Positions 60,862 through 64,000 of a DNA stretch of 64,000 nt are shown here, piece after piece (the first letter of the stretch is position 1; each line of letters begins with the position of its first letter). The notes under the pieces were generated by a model that saw only the letters and a list, made by a program, of their open reading frames with translations, did not search any database and was not told the DNA's origin. Made by a program: the position numbers and the translations under genes. Source of the stretch: Fonticula alba ATCC 38817 (lineage: Eukaryota > Protista > Nucleariida); assembly GCA_000388065.2 (NCBI GenBank), contig KB932201.1, one strand, 5' to 3'.

Positions 60862-62891
60862 ATGTTCGGCCTTACTGTCCGCTCGACTGCCGCTCTGCGC
60901 CAGGCCAACTTCCGCGCCTTCTCGTCTCAGGTTCGTTGGAGCTCGCATATCGCAATGCCTCGCGCGCGCGCGCGCGCACGGGGCGGCGACCCGCCCGACG
61001 CATGTGTCTGCTTGCTAACCTTTCCCCATCCTCCCCCCCCCCCCCTGCCGGTCGGCCTGCAGATCAGCTCCCTGAAGGAGCGCGTTGCTGAGCTCATCCC
61101 TGCCAAGCAGGCCGAGATCAAGGAGTTCCGCGATGCCCACAAGAACACCGTCGTTGGCTCGGTCACCGTCGACCAGGTGCGCTGCTCCTCCCCCTGCCCA
61201 ATCCTCCTTTGGCCCCCTCGGCCCGCACTCCGGCCGGCCCTCCTCCGCTCGTGGGTCCTCTTTCTGAGCGTGGCTAACCACCTCTTGCGCGGGCCTTCCT
61301 CCCCACAAATAGATCTACGGTGGTATGCGTGACATCCGTGGCCTCATCTGCGAGACCTCTCTCCTCGACGCTCAGGAGGGTATTCGCTTCCGCGGCATGT
61401 CCATCCCCGAGGCCCAGGCTGCCCTGCCCAAGGCCCCCGGTGGTGAGGAGCCCCTGCCCGAGGGCATCTGGTGGCTGCTCCTGACCGGCGAGGTCCCGAC
61501 CGCCGAGCAGGTCAAGCAGTGCGTGCCCTGTCGCCTCCCTTTGCTGCCCATGCCACCCGGTCTTCCATGCCCTGCGCCATTTTGTTCCCTGCTCACCATC
61601 CTCCCTTTCTCCCCCCCCCCTCCCCCCGCACGGCCAGGGTCTCCGCCGAGTGGGCTGCCCGCTCCACCCTCCCCAAGCATGTGTCCGACATGATCGACTC
61701 CATGCCCAAGACCGTGCACCCGATGTCCCAGCTGTCGGCCGCCGTCACCCTCATGAACTCCGACTCCTCCTTCGCCGATGCCTACAACCGTGGTGTCAAC
61801 AAGCGCGAGCTCTGGAAGTATGCCTACGATGACTCCGTCGATCTGCTGGCCCGCCTGCCGGTTGCCGCCGCCAAGATCTACCGCAACCTCTACCATGACG
61901 GCAAGCTCGGCGCCGAGGTCGACGCCAACCTCGACTGGTCGGCCAACTTCGCCCGCATGCTCGGCTTCAACACCCCGGAGTTCGATGAGCTCATGCGTCT
62001 GTACCTGACCATCCACTGTGCCCACGAGGGTGGCAACGTTTCGGCCCACTCCACCCACCTGGTTGGCTCGGCCCTGTCCGACCCGTACCTGTCCTTCGCC
62101 GCCGGTCTCAACGGCCTGGCTGGCCCGCTCCATGGCCTCGCCAACCAGGAGGTCCTCCGCTGGATCACCGCCCTCAAGGACGAGATTGGCACCTACGAGC
62201 CCACCGACGAGCAGCTCACCGAGTTCCTCTGGAACACCCTCAAGGGTGGCCGCGTTGTCCCGGGCTACGGTCATGCCGTCCTCCGCAAGACCGACCCGCG
62301 CTACACCTGCCAGCGCGAGTTCGCCCTCAAGCACCTGCCCGACGACCCGCTCTTCAAGCTGACCAGCCAGCTGTACCGCATCGTCCCTGACGTCCTGACC
62401 CAGCACGGCAAGACCAAGAACCCCTGGCCCAACGTCGATGCCCACTCCGGTGTGCTGCTGACCGTGCGTGCTACTTCCTTCCCCCCCCCCCCGCCTCCGC
62501 CCTTTCGCGCGCCGCGCCCTGGCCGGCACACTTCTTGGGGTGTCCTTGTTGTTGTTGCCATGTGCATGCGCATGCCGCTGCGTCCCTTCTTAGGAGAAGA
62601 TCCCCCCCCCCCTCCCCCCCTCCCGCCGCGCGCCCCGTCTCTGACCTCTCTTCCACGCTGGCTCTCATGCCTTTTCCCTCCCCCTCCATCGCCCACGCCA
62701 TTGCCGCGCGCGGCTCACAGCACTACAACCTCACCGAGATGAACTACTACACTGTTCTGTTCGGTGTTTCCCGCGCCATTGGCTGCCTGGCTGACCTGGT
62801 CTGGTCTCGTGCCCTCATGTTCCCCCTGGAGCGCCCCAAGTCCGAGACCACCGAGTCCCTCAAGGCCATCGTCGCTGGCAAGGCCGAGTAA
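60862..62891 (+). CDS. CS: Mitochondrial citrate synthase
   Basis: Exons 60862-60930, 61063-61176, 61313-61518, 61638-62463, 62721-62891, in phase. Arg-rich acid-free presequence; [77 protein letters not shown]. Confidence 0.98.
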
Positions 62892-63582
62892 GGAGGCACT
62901 TTGATGTTGTGTCGCCGCACGCGCGTGTGTGTACATGTGTGTCCTTTCACCTCGCCCCTTGCGGTGTGTGCGTTCGTGGTCCCTCTCTGGCGCGCGACGC
63001 ACGTCGGTGTGCTGTCTTGTGGTGGTGTGCGATGGCGCTCGTGTCGCCACTGTACAATGCAATCGTCGCTACGAGATGTGTTCCTCCTTTTGCCGTTTGT
63101 CACTTTCGGGGACGCGCCTGGGCGTGCGCCCACAAGCATCCGTATCCCGGGGTTGTTGTCTCTCTTGAGCGAGGCAGAGGGAGAGCGAGAGAGAGCGCGA
63201 GGGGGGGGGAGAGAGCATTGTAGGTGGCACGCGAGGGGCAGGGGGGGAGGAGAGGGCGATTGGCCAGAGCAAGCGGACGGCGCGAAACCAAGCCACCCAG
63301 CACCAGGACGGCCTCGGGGGGCCGGAGGGCGGAGGGCGGGCCGTCCCCAAGGCGTCAGCGAGAGCCCGGACACAGGTGCGCGGCGTCACATCTGGGCCGA
63401 GCGGAGGCACGCCGCCAGCCCGGGGAGCCCCCTCTCCTGATCGCCGGGCATTTTCTTGGCACCCAGGGAGGAGACGCCAGTTCGGTGGCCACGTGTGGCA
63501 GGATCACATGGACAAGAGAGGCATGTAGTGGAATCCCCATGTAAACGATAGATGAAGCAACACGTGAGTGAATTGCCACACG

Positions 63583-63980
63583 TGTTACATCGCGGGAAAG
63601 ATAGCATCCCAGAACAGCATTCCCCGGAGAGGAATGCGGGGTAGAACAACAGCCAGGTGGCCGCCGAGGCCGAGCGGCATAAACGCTCGACCGAGGACGG
63701 AGATACGCGGGTGGGCGGGCCCAGCCGCGGGGTTCTCAGTTCCAACCCCTGACCGAGCCCAAAGGTCAAAAAGGGGGACTCTCGTTGAGAGCCTCCTGAG
63801 AGCGAAAGCCTTAGCAGCTGTGTGTCGAAGAGTATACGGAAGTATAGCCGAAGCACCAGTTAGGCCGACGAACACCTGTTCTAAGGCTTCCTCTCGAACC
63901 CTTTTTAACATCCGAGTTCCTTTCTATTTTCGCTTGCCACTAACTCGTCTCAAGCCGAGTTACTGACTCATCTGGTAACA
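63583..63980. mobile_element. Candidate solo LTR (or MITE), 398 bp
   Basis: Bounded by perfect 6-bp inverted termini TGTTAC...GTAACA. Flanks CACG/GACG (4-bp TSD with 1 mismatch). Interior lacks the long G/C runs and microsatellites typical of the window. No second copy in the window. Confidence 0.4.
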
Positions 63981-64000
63981 GACGACCGTGAACCGCTGGT

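Noticed and set aside
63585-63911. Minus-strand ORF with YTLRHTAA, resembling the tyrosine-recombinase HxLRH motif
   Set aside because: The first His is absent, there is no downstream LGH/W...Y motif, and the frame has two stops just upstream within the window.
63940-63978. Hammerhead-like CAGAUGAGUC...GACGAGU on the minus strand; PBS-like TGGTAACAGA on the plus strand
   Set aside because: The hammerhead core deviates at invariant positions (CUGAUGA, GAAA). The PBS-like word overlaps the GTAACA terminus and does not match a tRNA end I can verify.

Overview
This is a GC-rich, intron-rich eukaryotic draft-assembly window with 16 N-gaps, many poly-G/poly-C runs and (CA)n/(GA)n microsatellites. 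Gene content is opisthokont-like and the overall style resembles the nucleariid amoeba Fonticula alba (inference, not searched). Most long entries in the ORF track are artefacts of N-runs, microsatellites or antisense frames. Hand-spliced genes, in order: 5' end of a SEC63-like gene (-), a WD40 protein (-), a RasGEF with two REM-CDC25 modules (+), a Kv-beta-like aldo-keto reductase (-), an orphan ORF (+), a 1312-aa SRF/MCM1-type MADS factor (-), V-ATPase proteolipid c (+), a GAPVD1/RME-6-like RasGAP-VPS9 protein (-), a small spliced orphan gene (-), a ~1100-aa Cys-rich type I membrane protein (+), AP-1/2 beta adaptin (-) and mitochondrial citrate synthase (+). I found no CRISPR, rRNA, tRNA or transposase. 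Most notable: Illumina adapter remnants that create false in-frame duplications in the WD40 CDS, the tandem RasGEF with a degenerate second catalytic domain, a strong +4C splice-donor bias, and a candidate solo LTR at the right edge. I did not find convincing evidence for a wholly new biological system.
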